A DNA stretch of 64,000 nt from Marsupella aquatica (taxonomy: Eukaryota; Plantae; Marchantiophyta). The stretch covers positions 6,079,241 to 6,143,240 of the forward strand of contig OZ316899.1 of the NCBI GenBank assembly GCA_973895155.1, read 5' to 3'. Each line of letters opens with the position of its first letter. Within the stretch, counting starts at the first letter, position 1. Positions 24,601-36,299 of this stretch are shown here, piece after piece. A program made the position numbers and the translations under genes. Below the pieces are notes generated by a model. The model was not told where the DNA came from, made no database searches, and worked only from the letters and a program-made list of their open reading frames with translations.

Positions 24601-26259
24601 GAGATCCTGCAGATCTTAAATGAGGAGCTGAAGACGGCCAGGGCCAAGATACTACGGCTTAACGATGAAGTTGGAGACGTATCTCAGGAATTGGAGGAGG
24701 CCAAGGATAAGATGATCGGGTTGCAGAGGCGTGCCAACAATCAAACGCATAAATTGAAGAAGTATGCCAAAGCGGGATATGGGTCACCAACTGAAAGGCT
24801 TCCCCATCAGTAGTATGGTAGGCAGAAATATAGTGAAGCCGAAGCCGAAGCCAAGCTCCCCGTTGTCAAGCGTGACTGGGGGCAAAGCCATGCAGTTGGT
24901 GGCAGACTTGGCAAAGACGTTCATGGGGCCAGGCGATAATAAAGTTAAGGCCCTTAAAGCCACTCCGGAGGAAGTCGAGAGCATGGCCGCTCACATTTGT
25001 GGTACTGTGGTACTGTGGCCCTGAAGGCAGTTGTGGTAGAGGTAAGTACTACGGATCAACTTGGAGCTGCGGTAACAGGTTTAGACGATGGTACTGCTTC
25101 TATGGACGCACAAAACGTGAAGCCGTGGGTTATCAAGATCGAGCGCATCGAGGAAAAGGCTTGGATTGAGGAAGTTAAGGCAAAGGCTCTCCAAGCCGTT
25201 TCCCAGGAGGATGCGGATGCCGATGCCGAGACCAAGGCCGGGGCCGACAAACCAGAAGCCAAAGTCGAGGAAGCCGAAGGGGTCAGGCCGGGGCTGATGG
25301 CAGGAGAAGGTGCAGAGTCGGAAGATTCGGACTTACCCCCGGTCATCTGACAATTAAGGAGGGCCAGTCATCGGTTGGAAGGAGGACGTGGCGGCAAGAG
25401 AAGGGCTTGGGCCAGAAGGGCGCGGCCGTTGTAGGATGGGACAGGGCAAGTAGCGCCCTGTCGGCTTAGGTAGTAGTAGATGCTCGGTTCACACAGGGTT
25501 CCGGGCTATTCAAGTTTTTAGGTGATAGTTTTTTGGTAGGATTATCGCGGTGGAAGGCCGTGTGTGGTGGTTAGGATTTCCGTTTGTTTTTTCCTGAATA
25601 CGCTGCAAGGATAAAAACCTGGGTAGCGTGGCTTCGGGGGGCTTTTTCTTAGTCAAGGCTTTAGTGTTAATCTGTATTGTTGTGAGCACAGGAAGCTCTC
25701 GGCTAAATCTAGACCACAGGGTATCAATAAACCACCAGTTCCCTTGGATTTCTGAGCAATTGTTTGAATTGAGTTGGCCTCGTTGCATAGTTCGCAGATT
25801 CTTGCCATCCAAGAAATTGAGTGTTATGATATTTGTTGCTTGATCGATTTAAGTCAGATAGGGTGAACTGTTGAACAAAATACAATCGCATTGTCTTGAT
25901 TGGAAACTGCCCAATCAAACTCTGAGAGAAAAGTGAGGATTGAGAGTGTTAGTCGGTGAAGTGTGGGTTGAGTCAGTCTGAAAAAGACCTTCAGCCGGCT
26001 TAAGAAATTAAGCCGTAGAGGTACATTCCGGGGGCGGAATACAAATATACCTGAAGCAGTTAAAGAGGAATTAGGTGTCTCAGTTGTGCACAATTCACAA
26101 GCCCAGTGAAAGAATCGGTCCGGTAAGTGTGGATCGAAGGAGAGTATCGCGTTTCCAAGCCGAATAGTTGCCATAAGGCAAGAGGACGGACATTAACAAG
26201 TGGTTTATGATCGGTTGAGGGTAGTTCTTGGGGTTAGAGGTCTTGGGAAACGTGCCACA
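21678..26259 (+). repeat. Family B LTR, 4582 bp, gene-bearing
   Basis: Ends GGGAAACGTGCCACA followed by TTTT and the PBS at 26264. The terminal segment is repeated at 26488-26534. Confidence 0.9.
22028..25350 (+). pseudogene. LTR-encoded protein, family B, ~1100 aa reconstructed
   Basis: ATG 22028 MNTVNQARKFWGCLL..., ORFs 22259-22972, 23108-23980, 23881-24813 and 24764-25350. Homologous along its length to the family C copy (FRSFPGPSTKNG, EYG.MCGLLAL.IFG.ELE). Confidence 0.82.
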
Positions 26260-26263
26260 TTTT

Positions 26264-26281
26264 TGGCGCTAGATGGAGGGG
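26264..26281 (+). promoter_or_regulatory. Primer-binding site, tRNA-Asn-like
   Basis: TGGCGCTAGATGGAGGGG, 4 nt after the family B LTR. Confidence 0.8.
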
Positions 26282-26539
26282 GCATTCTTACTTGTGAATT
26301 GTTTGTTGCGCAGAGTTAGGTGATGAACGAATTCACACCACGAGAAGAGCGAGCAACACTAAGGGAAGAAGCGCAGTTGCAGCAAATTGCAAGGTGGCAA
26401 GAGTCGAAGAGGGTGAAGACTGCAATCGGCAACGACGGTTCACGAAGTACTTTTGGAGGGGAATTGGAAACCGTGGAAGGGGATCTATTGAGGATAGTTC
26501 TTGGGGTTAGAGGGGTCTTGGGAAACGTGCCACACTATG

Positions 26540-26876
26540 CATGGAGAAGAAGCCGGGGGACATTTTGCACCAGTAACCACGTCTAAAAAGATTTCAGATG
26601 CCGGCTATTGGTGGCCAACCTTACATAAGGATGTACACCTTTTCATCAAGCAATGTGATCCTTGCCAGAGAGCAGGAGGGCCAAGGGCGGCCACTAGACA
26701 TCCACTACACCCCATTCTACCTCTGGCACCATTGGAGAAGTGGGGTGTTGATTACATTGGGCCCCTGAAACCCTTAACTCATCCTCGAAGAAATAAATAC
26801 ATCATCTTGGCTACGGATTATGCAACTAAGTGGGTGGAAGCTAGGCCAACAACAAAGGACGATGCAGTCACCAAGG
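26540..26876 (+). pseudogene. pol: Family C integrase segment (HHCC zinc finger to core)
   Basis: HGEEAGGHF...CDPCQ...KWGVDYIGP...DYATKWVEA. Confidence 0.92.
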
Positions 26877-29800
26877 TGTGACGCCGCCGGTACGGCAGGT
26901 AATGAGTGATTCGGCCTAACCGCACTTAGCATGCGCGTTAGGGGGTATCTTAGACCGTAATTATTAGAGTAATGACAATATTTAGGTAGCCATTATGAGT
27001 AGGAAATCATTAGTCAATAAGGGGCATTCGTGTTCGGGCCGGCGGCGGGTCGCCATTCGCACGCCTGGGTTGCGAGCGTGTAATGGGCCCCTCCCTCGGG
27101 TCCGTATAACAAACTCCGGGAGGTGGCCACTGACACGCGCTGACCCGGACTGGTGGAGTGGCCGGTACACTGCAAGCATGAAAGGCTCAGCCTATAAGCG
27201 ACGAGGAGGCATCGGGCGACCGAAAAGCTCTTAGGGTATAAAAAGGGGGTTGATCCTTTGCAGTGCACCAGTTCTTCAGTCCACGCGCTAGCTTTGACCC
27301 CAGTTCTCTTGACCATCCTTAGTCACCTTCTATCTCCTCTGAATGTCGCACATGATCCTTTCCAGTTTGGCCATACGATTATGGATGCAGTTCCTGTCTA
27401 TCGGAGGGCACTTGGCCGACTCATTAAAACACGCCAACCCGCGCCGATACAAAATTGAACGCAAGTATGAGAGAGCCATCCGCCTAGCAGGCCGAGACCA
27501 CTATCTCCTTAACTTTGATTACCCGTCCCAGAGCAAGCTTTACCGACCCAAAGAAATATCAGGGTACTTCTTCGATGGGGGCAAATACATTGGCTTCTAG
27601 GAGGCATTGCTTTGGCTTCCGGACTCGGTCTTCACTATCCCGAGCACAATCCACTTACAGTGGCACCACTTTGACCACATCCCCGCTTGGGTCCAAGCTA
27701 TCATCAATAGCAACTTCAACACTACCCGGTCGACAAGGCCGTCTATACTTGCTTTGGAAAACCTCCACCGGCACCTGCAGAACTTCATGGCAACTATACC
27801 ATCAATGACCGGTGCCAGCCCACCCGAGCGTGTGCCCGTACCCGCACCAACACCTCCTTGGCCGAGCCGATTCCCACCACCGGTCGCACCACCTCTCCAA
27901 GTACGATCCGTGGTGAATGCGGTGAATATTAGCTCCAAAGACAAGGAGGCTCATCCTCCTCTGAATCGACGGCCGTGGGGTACGACTCAACAGGCTATCT
28001 GACAACCCAAGGGTTTGAGCACCTCGCCTCTCTCCCTTGGAATGGAAGCAGGTACTACGGGCAGGATATGACGGAGTTCATTCAGAACTTCGACAAGGCC
28101 CGCCAACAAACCCGAGCGCACGGGAGAGTGATGTGTCTCAATGAGGCACGTTTGAAGATGATTTTTGGCCTACCCGAGGGGATAAACCGGGTAGAGTCGC
28201 GGGCTCCTAGGGGCAAGGGAGCTAAATACCAGTCTTCTAGCTTCCTGACCAAGGGAGCAGTGGACAACGGATTCTTGATGAGGACGTGCCTCATCCCGGA
28301 GGTAGCAGAACACCTGGAGTTCCAGCGGTATGCCCTCCATATGATGGAACCACGGGTCAAAATATCCGCCGCCCAGGTCATACAAGTAGAGAACTTTCAG
28401 CCTAGGAAGTGGGCGTCCTTTTTCGTTAAGAAGTTCCATGAAGAGATGGAGCGGAGAAGGAAGACCTTGTACCTTGGCAGAAAGGCGTACTTTGCGAGCC
28501 ACATCGAGATTATCATCGAATGGTACACCCGTTTTGACTGCCGAAGCCTTCTCTGTTGCAACAAAACGGAGTTGACTCCGTCAAAGTGGGTATTCCCGGT
28601 TCAGGAGAGGCGACCGCAGCCCAAAGCCTGGCAGCCGCAGTACCGGCTTTTCTGGCTTTGCAACCAGCCACTACCGCCCCCACCAAGCATACCCATGGAC
28701 GCAGTTATCGCAACCTTGGAAGCGATCAACCGGGTCAACGCAATCGAAGCCAGGCCGGCTGAGGCTTGACCCAAAACCAACACTACGGTGGCCGAGGAGA
28801 TTCCGCTACCCCCCACGGCCGTGCAAGAGAATCGACTGGTGGAACCAGCCCCTTCGACCGACTTACCTCAAGGGCTGGATGTTTCCACTCCTACTCCCTT
28901 GCGGGCTGGGGTCTGCCCGTGCCCAAATCTAGATGGACATAGTCTGGACTATCCGGAACTCTTTGTGTCGGGCACGTTTCTGAACGGGTTGTTGGGGGAT
29001 TTCTTGCAACAGATCTCACGGGATACCGGGGAATACATGGCACGGAAGGTGGCCTACTTCTTCAACCAGGAGTTGGTTGCGGCTGTAAAGGCAGGACATG
29101 CGCAGGCAGAGACAGCGCAGAGAATAGAGCAATACCGGGTTGAGTCTACCTACCTCATGGACGAAGTGGCAGCCCTGGAGACTGAACTCCAGCAACTGCG
29201 GCCTCAGGTAACGGCCATGGAGGATCAGGTTGCCGAGGCCAGAGCCCGGGCAGCCTTAGCAAAACAGGCCGGGCTCGGAAAGGACTCCGAGATAGCACGG
29301 CTTTGGACCAAGATCGATGGGTTGAAAGGACAAGCCGTCATTTGGCAGAAGTATCTGGAGGAAGCTGACTCTCGGTCTTAGCGGGACGCAGCCAAGATTG
29401 ACACCCTAAAGACAGAGGTGGTACGACTTCAAGGAGAAGCCATGAAGCAGGCCCAGTTGGTGGATAAGCTTACGAGCAACGTCCAGCAACTAGAGGAGGC
29501 ATGTCAGGAGGCCACGGAAGAGACGGACATGGCAAAGCGTGAGAACAAATCTCTGCTGGACCAGGTCCAACTACTCAAGCAGGATACTGATAGGCTCAGG
29601 AGACAGCGGGATAGTCACTCCCACTTGGGAGGCTCTGGCAAGCGTGCCAGGCATTAGCGGCGGAATAGGATTAAAATAAAGTTAGGAGTAGCCAAATTAG
29701 GCTATAGGGACAAGCGCTTGCCCTAGTTAAAGCAGCACTGCCATACTATCCAGCCTGCATAGATTAGGATCTTCTAATAAGACAAGCCGTTTTCCGGCCT

Positions 29801-30508
29801 AACAGCCAGCTTAGTTAGGATCTTAGTTAGCAAACCTACAGGTTTGAGGTAGAGGTAGGGGGTTTTTTAGTCTCATAGTTGGGCATCTGCGGTATGTGCG
29901 GGGAGTCCCGACCTCTGTGAGTGAAAGAGTACCAAGGGGAGGGGGTAGGACTAAGCTTGCTGGGCGAGTGCGGAGCCGGGCTCCGTTATAGGGTACACCC
30001 TCAGCCTTGGACCTGTTCATTCGAGAGCTTTTAGGTCAACTAAGTGTACGTGTATGTCCCCTATGTAGTAAAATCCTTTCCCATTATTTCCTTCGTGTAA
30101 ATCGAGATTGTATGCTTGTGTGTGTGCATATGTGTGTATCTCGTGTATGGGTGCCAACGCTTGGCCGAACGCACTACCCGAGCCATGCACGGGGTACAGC
30201 TTGCGGGTAAGTGGTTGCGAGCATGGGTTGAGTAACCGTATCATTGAATCTGGATCAAAGGCGGATAGCACGAAGGCTTAATAGCCCGTAAGCCGGGGTC
30301 GATCTTGCTATTGACTAAGGTACGTTCTAGTTGCGGAACACAAACCATACCTAGGAGGTGTTCGTAAATAATAGTAGACGCTCTTAGCGCTAGTTCACGT
30401 GAGTTAGGTGCATTCCGTGCTTCCCTCCTTGTCTAGACCCTCATATTTTCAAAGGATGTGCCTGTCTAAGCCAAAGCCCGGGTTAAGGCCTAGGCTGACG
30501 ACGTGACA
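26877..30508 (+). mobile_element. Solo LTR of a family A relative, 3632 bp, gene-bearing
   Basis: TGTGACGCCG...GACGTGACA colinear with 7095-11104. Flanks CAAGG / CACGA are each one change from a CACGG TSD. Removing it restores the integrase frame (KDDAVT...FMYEKIF). Confidence 0.92.
27343..29657 (+). pseudogene. LTR-encoded gene in the solo LTR
   Basis: ORFs 27343-27600, 27607-28002, 27975-28769, 28788-29381 and 29418-29657 are homologous to 7562-10197, with many third-position changes. Confidence 0.85.
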
Positions 30509-30513
30509 CACGA

Positions 30514-31292
30514 CTTGGTTTATGTATGAGAAAATCTTTACAAGGTATGGAGCACCCCTAGAATTAGTAAGTGATAGGGGAACTCATTTCTTGAATGATA
30601 TAGTCAACCGTTTAAATGAGCAATACCTAGTACGTCATCGGCCTACCACCCCTTACCACCCAAAGGCAAATGGGCTAACCAAACGAGCGAATGGCATCAT
30701 TGTTAAAATCTTAAACAAAATAGTGGCCCAAAACAAAATTGATTGGGATGACAAATTGTTTGCTGTTGTCTTTGCTTACAATTTAGCCTACAAGTCCACC
30801 ACCGGCCATACACCCTTCTTTTTAACCTTTGGACAGGAAGCGTTAGTACCCATACAACTTGAGATTCCTACATTTCAGGTTACAATTAAGGAGAGATTGT
30901 CAGAGGAAGAAAGCTTAATAGAGCAAGGATAAAAATTACAGGCCGTAGAAGAGGAAAGAATGATTTCAGCAGAAAGAGTAGAACATAGACAAAATACCAT
31001 GAAGCAACAATACGACAAAAAGTTGAAACCAGTTAGTATCCAGACCGGAGACCTAGTATTACTCTATGACAATAGGTATAGTAAGTTCCCAGGTAAACTT
31101 TACACTCCGTGGCTAGGACCCTTTAGGGTAAACATGAAGTTCTCCAATGGGTCTGTCCATTTGGCTAACAGCACAGGGGAAGTATACCTGGTTTGCGTAC
31201 ACTATGACCGCCTAAAGAGATACTACATGGACAAGGATGAGGTTGTTTGCGAGGACGCTTCACAATTAAGTGGGGAGCTATGTGATGCCTAG
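30514..31292 (+). pseudogene. pol: Family C integrase core and C-terminus
   Basis: LVSDRGTHF, PYHPKANG, FPGKLYTPWLGPF. Runs into the PPT and 3' LTR. Confidence 0.92.
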
Positions 31293-34200
31293 CCAGGAAT
31301 CACTAGGCTGTGTAAAAGGTAAAACCGGGTGGTATACAATAAATCCACTAGTGTAAGGAGGAAAAGACGATAAAACCATACACAATTAAGGGTATGTATG
31401 GAAACCGAGCCAAGGCCAAGAGTAAGAGGAGTAACGGCCACTAAGGGTCGCGATTAGGGTTAAGGCACGTTAATGCTAGCGGCTGTTGGTAATCAGTAAT
31501 AAAAAAGCAGCGCAGGCCGGAGGGGGGTAAGGGAGGTTCACCCAAGAGTGGCGGCTCATATTTGCACCTTGATCAAACAGAGTGCAAGCAGAAGCCAATG
31601 ACTATCAGCTGCAAAGGAGAACACGGGGGCATAAGTAGCTACCGAGCAACAACGGAGGGAATGAGCAACATCAATCAAGCGGCACATTTCTGGGGATGCA
31701 TGTTTGAACGGGCAAGTGAGTACGTTGGGACCTACAAGGAGGAAGAATCAGAAAGAGCAACCCGCGAGCAACAAGAGCTTGCTTGGTTGTGGGAATTGCA
31801 GAAGTCGGCCTTCTTAGGAGGAGAGTTCATCAAGGCTGAATTCCTGTGGACACCTACTGCCAATGAGCTTGACAATCTTCTAATTCAAGACAACAAAATT
31901 TTCTGCATCAGGCAGACCATCAACAACTGCAATGACAAAAATTGGGACCTAAAGGGTTGCACGGTGGCATGGACGAAAGCAACAGTGTTGGGAGAATCAT
32001 CAGGAGCGGCTGAAATGAAGAGAAAGATGGCCAACAACAAAGAAAACACACCGGCCAAGAGGATGAGGTCAACAATATCAAGAAAGCCGGCCAAACAAGG
32101 GAACCAGAGCAAGGAGGGAGCCGAGGAACCAGAAGTTGACCCAGTCAATGTTGTCCCTACCCAAGATGACACCTAGAAGGGCTGGGCAACAATGATACCA
32201 CCGGCAGTGCAGCTACAATTTGCACGAGATGAGGATGCATGCTTCACAGCCATGCAGACCAACAAGTATCAAGGCTTCATGGCCGGATCAGGCTTAGAGA
32301 CCTTTGTTAGATTGTTGTGGCTGAAGCCGAAGGTGCCAGAGTCAGACTTATTGAAATTCATGGGATCATGGGACCACGAGTCCAGCTCAACCAAGATCTA
32401 CAAGGGGGACTTCTATCTCACCTCCAAAGTGATTGCCGAAGTATTTGGCTTGCCGATGGGTAACAAGGTTAAGGTAGAAACCCGGAAGAACTTGCCGGAC
32501 AAGGAGTTTAGATCATTCCCCGGGCCATCAACAAAGAATGGCTTGTTCCGCAACACCTGCACCAACCCGCATATTGGAGAAATGATCAATTTCTTGCGGG
32601 TGACAATGCATTGCAACTTGCCGAGGCCGGAGATTGGCAAAGCACAAGTTTATCTGGCAGAGAGGCCAGACCCAAGCCGGGACTACAACGGGTACCTCCT
32701 CAACCAACTAAGGAAGATACTAAAGGAGGAACAATAGGTGATCAGCCAAGGGAGCGTGTCCCGACTGGGTTATCACATGCCGTTGTTGTGCCGCTATGCC
32801 CGGAGTCAAATCTTTGCCCCAATCCTTCCCCTACAGGCAAGAGCGCCAGAAGAGGAGTCGGAGCCGAGGCCAACAACAAAGAAGCCCGACCACCCGGCAG
32901 CCCCACAATAGCTCAAATCTTTTGGCAAACGCCGGAACCCAAGTCGATGCAACAATCGGCCATACATAGCTTTCTACAGATACTAAAGAAGGAAAAGGCA
33001 GCATTAGCACCAGAGGCAGAAGTAGCACGCACCGCAGGAACCGCTAGAGGAGAACCCATGGCCGGGGCCGTGAAGAGAAGCAGGTCGGAAAAAGAGCCGA
33101 GAGTACGGAGGTATGTAGGAGACTCCAGTTCAGAATCCAAGGGAGATGGACCCAGGGTTCCCGTCCTGTGAAGGAAAGCAAAGGCTGGGTGCGGGAGCAT
33201 AGGAGCAAGCCGCATGCATGCATAGTTCCCGACCGGGATGTCGGGTTTGCGGCTAGTCTTAGAGAGGATCCACAGGCACCAGGATGCCTGGAAGCCAGGG
33301 AGCACGTGGAGGAATACCACAAGGACTTGGGTTACGGGTCAGATCGCTTGGTACTAGGGGTGCGGACCTGCGGCCATTTTATCCCCACACTTCCAAGAGT
33401 GGTGCGTGGGGATCCACAACATCAGAAGAGCCCAAAGTCTCCCCCACCGGACATACCTCCTCCAAATTATGATGAGAGACAACAGGCCAATCACGAGTTG
33501 CAACGGCAATTCAGTGACCTAGAGGAAGCAACCCTAGCCAAGGAGAAGGATTTTCCAGGCTGAGGATGGCCGGAGGACATTCGGTGTCTTGCAGGGACTC
33601 AAGCCGGCCTTTGCCCACGTTTGATGAGATACGGAGGGCGGCTTGGGAAAGAAGGTCGCGTTGGGAGATGTCGGCATCTCCTAACCACTCCACCCATGCA
33701 CGTTCCAGAGCCCTAGAGTATGGGAGGATGTGCGGGCTACTTGCCCTCGACATCTTTGGGGTAGAATTGGAGACGGGGCCTTTTGTCCACAAAGAGATAT
33801 TGGAGAAAATCTGGTTGGAGTACGCACTGGCCTTGGAGAGGATGAAGAAGGAGGAAGTCATCCGGCGGCTAAGAGAGAATGAAGCCAAGGCCGGAGATTT
33901 AAAGGCGGACAAGCAGGCCCAGGACAAGCTACGATTTAGGAAGCATGAGATAAGCATCATGCAAGGGCAACTAGCCCAAACTCAGGAAGATTTGGCCGAA
34001 GCCCTCAAGGAGAAGGAGAAGTGGAAGCAGGAAGGAGAAGTGGAAGCAGGAGCTGAAGAAGGCATAGGCAGCTCACATAATGGCCTGCAACAAAGCCATG
34101 ACCGAGGCCCAGAGGAAGGAGCGGGCACTGAAGGATGAGATTGAAGAATGCCGCAAGGCCCTCCATCAGAAGAAAGGCAAACTTGATGAGACCTACAGGG

Positions 34201-34942
34201 GCATTGACAAGTTGAAAAGAAGACCTTGAGGACCTGTCGGCCAACTTTCAAGCCAAGCTACGTAAGAAGGATGACATGCTCGATCAAACCTACAAGAAAA
34301 TGAATAAGATCAAGTTTGATGTTGTCCATGAGCTCAACGCGGAGCTGAAAGCAACCCAAAAGGAGAGGGCGGCCTTACGGAAGGAGTTGGACAAGAACAT
34401 AGCAGAGTTGGAGCAAGCCCATGGGGATTTAGACGAGACCCTGGTGGAATTGGAGGACGCCACCCAAAAAATAGAAAATCTGCAGAGGCGGGCGGACAAC
34501 CAAACTGAGCGGTTGAAGAAGCAATTTGAGGAGCTAAATCGGCTGGCCGCAACAAGTGGACCCCCGGTGGTGGCAACAGGGTTGCAAGGCGTGGTACTGT
34601 TTGAGCTACAAGCCGTGGTACCCTCACCTTTGCCGAAAGTAAGTGGCAAGGGGAAGGCACCAGCTGCTTGGGAGGGGAAGGACAAAAAGCGGAAGCCTTC
34701 TGGGTCAGGGAGCCATACCGTTTGTCAGGCCACCATGGCTGAGGTGGAGAGCATGGCACCGGCCTTATGCAAGGTTGTGACTGTCAAGGAAGCAGTCCTG
34801 GAGGTAGGCCAACAAGACCGGTTGGGGGAGGCCATGACAGGCACTGACTCAAGGTTGCCAACCATTGATCGGCATCAACCGCAACCTTGGGAGGACGAGA
34901 CAACCCGACTCGTAGAACGAGCCTATGAGGAGGACCACTACG
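31281..34942 (+). repeat. Family C 3' LTR, interrupted at 34942
   Basis: Starts TGTGATGCC after the PPT. Similarity to the 5' LTR stops abruptly after GACCACTACG. Confidence 0.88.
31661..34942 (+). pseudogene. LTR-encoded protein, family C, 3' LTR copy
   Basis: ATG 31661 MSNINQAAHFWGCMF... ORFs 31562-32176 and 32192-32737 share a frame; then 33168-33563, 33566-34138 and 34276 onward. Confidence 0.82.
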
Positions 34943-35123
34943 CCCTGGGCCCTCACTCTATGTATATTAAGTGTACCCCCTGTGACCGGAGCCCTCTTGC
35001 CTACCCCTTCTTAGTATTTTTTCCTTCATTTACATTATCCTTATTATATCTAAAAAATTAATTTCTGATAATTTTTGGCACCCTTAAGTGCATTATAAAA
35101 CTGATAAAATCTATATTTAAAAA

Positions 35124-35281
35124 TGTTGTAAGGTATAGAACAACTGATTCTTCATTCCCTTCCATATCCTTACATATAGGCTATCGAATAGCCAGGCGGT
35201 TAGACAGTTAATGTGGTCTAACCTGAGTAGGCGTAAACCTAGTTAACCTCATGTATGGTCTGGTTAACTCAGGTTACAACA
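35124..35281 (-). repeat. Copia 3' LTR (158 bp)
   Basis: Three substitutions versus 41243-41400. Followed on + by CTCCCCC (PPT on the minus strand). Confidence 0.95.
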
Positions 35282-36299
35282 CTCCCCCTTGGGTGTAACA
35301 TGATCTGGGGAGGAATGTTGCACCCACCTCTAGCCTACTCTAAATGTGAAATGTGTATTCTGAGGTTTGTGGTTTGGGGGGAATGTAACCTCATTAAAAC
35401 CCCCCTCCTTTCTTGCTGGGGGGAAAGAGTGTTACCATTCCATCCCTAAAAACCTTAGAATCATGGTTAAGTTATGAGTAATCAAATGATTAGAGTTAAA
35501 GTTGTGTAAGGATGTCATATGCTATGTAACGGTATTGGAACTAGGAAAGACCTAAATGTCTCGTATGAGTTTCAAAAGTGAGAGAATTTGCGTGGCGATT
35601 TTTGGTGGTTGTAGTAGCGAGGTTTTTGGTGTTGTCTGCTACAGAGTGAGGGTCGTCTCGAAGGAATGCACATCGCAGAAGTGTCTCTTTTGTAGTTTCG
35701 GCATTCTGTTGCTTCGAAGATCTTGAATGTGCTTTGGTTGGGTGGAGGGCGGACTCGTGTCTGAGATGATCGATGTTCGCTGCTCGGTTTCTTCACGTTA
35801 GATGGTTGACGCGCGTTGTGGTCCTGGTCGTCTGTTAGATGTCGAGGGGCAATGGACTCAACTTTCTTCCTGAAGAAGTGGTGCAGGGCCTAGGCGTGTT
35901 CGTCACAAGGTTGATGGTTTTCGGTGGGAGGTGTCTGCAGCTGCATTGTTGGTGGTCGTTCTTTCTGAGGTCGGGCGATTCTTCTTTGTTCAGTTTGCTT
36001 TTGTGCGATGGGAGTGTCGGGGAGCGGATGTGGCGAACTGTGGCCGATAAGATTTGTTCCCGACTGCTTTACAGGCGAGGTTGCGCATTGCTCCCCCTGA
36101 GTCATTCACTTTTGTGGCTCTCTTATAGTCATTCATTTTGTCATGTTGGCGCAGCTGCCGTTTCTTGTAGATGTCTGTTGTGATCTTTGTTCGAGATCTG
36201 TTCGACTGAGGTGAGTTGGTCCGAGCTTCGCGGTGTAGTCTACGGATCGAGGTCTCCCCCTGAGCAAAACGAGCGCAGCCATTGTAAGTATAAGTGTGT

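Larger units (their letters stand above)
21678..26534 (+). mobile_element. Family B gypsy element collapsed to 5' LTR + PBS + gag stub + last ~47 bp of 3' LTR
   Basis: TGTGATG...GTGCCACA flanked by a perfect TSD CTATG (21673-21677, 26535-26539). Removing it restores host integrase VLHAM|HGEEAGGHF. Confidence 0.93.
877..34942 (+). mobile_element. Outer Athila-like (non-chromovirus) Ty3/gypsy LTR retrotransposon, family C, heavily interrupted
   Basis: 5' LTR ends GTGCCACA (4506), followed by PBS, gag and PR. RT (FIDD), RH and INT pieces rejoin when the insertions are removed. A PPT precedes the 3' LTR starting TGTGA at 31281. 877-2434 aligns with 33366-34942. Confidence 0.9.

Noticed and set aside
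34936-34940. CACTA pentamer at the 3' LTR break as a second CACTA terminus
   Set aside because: The same CACTACG is present in the 5' LTR copy (2428-2434), so it is LTR sequence.
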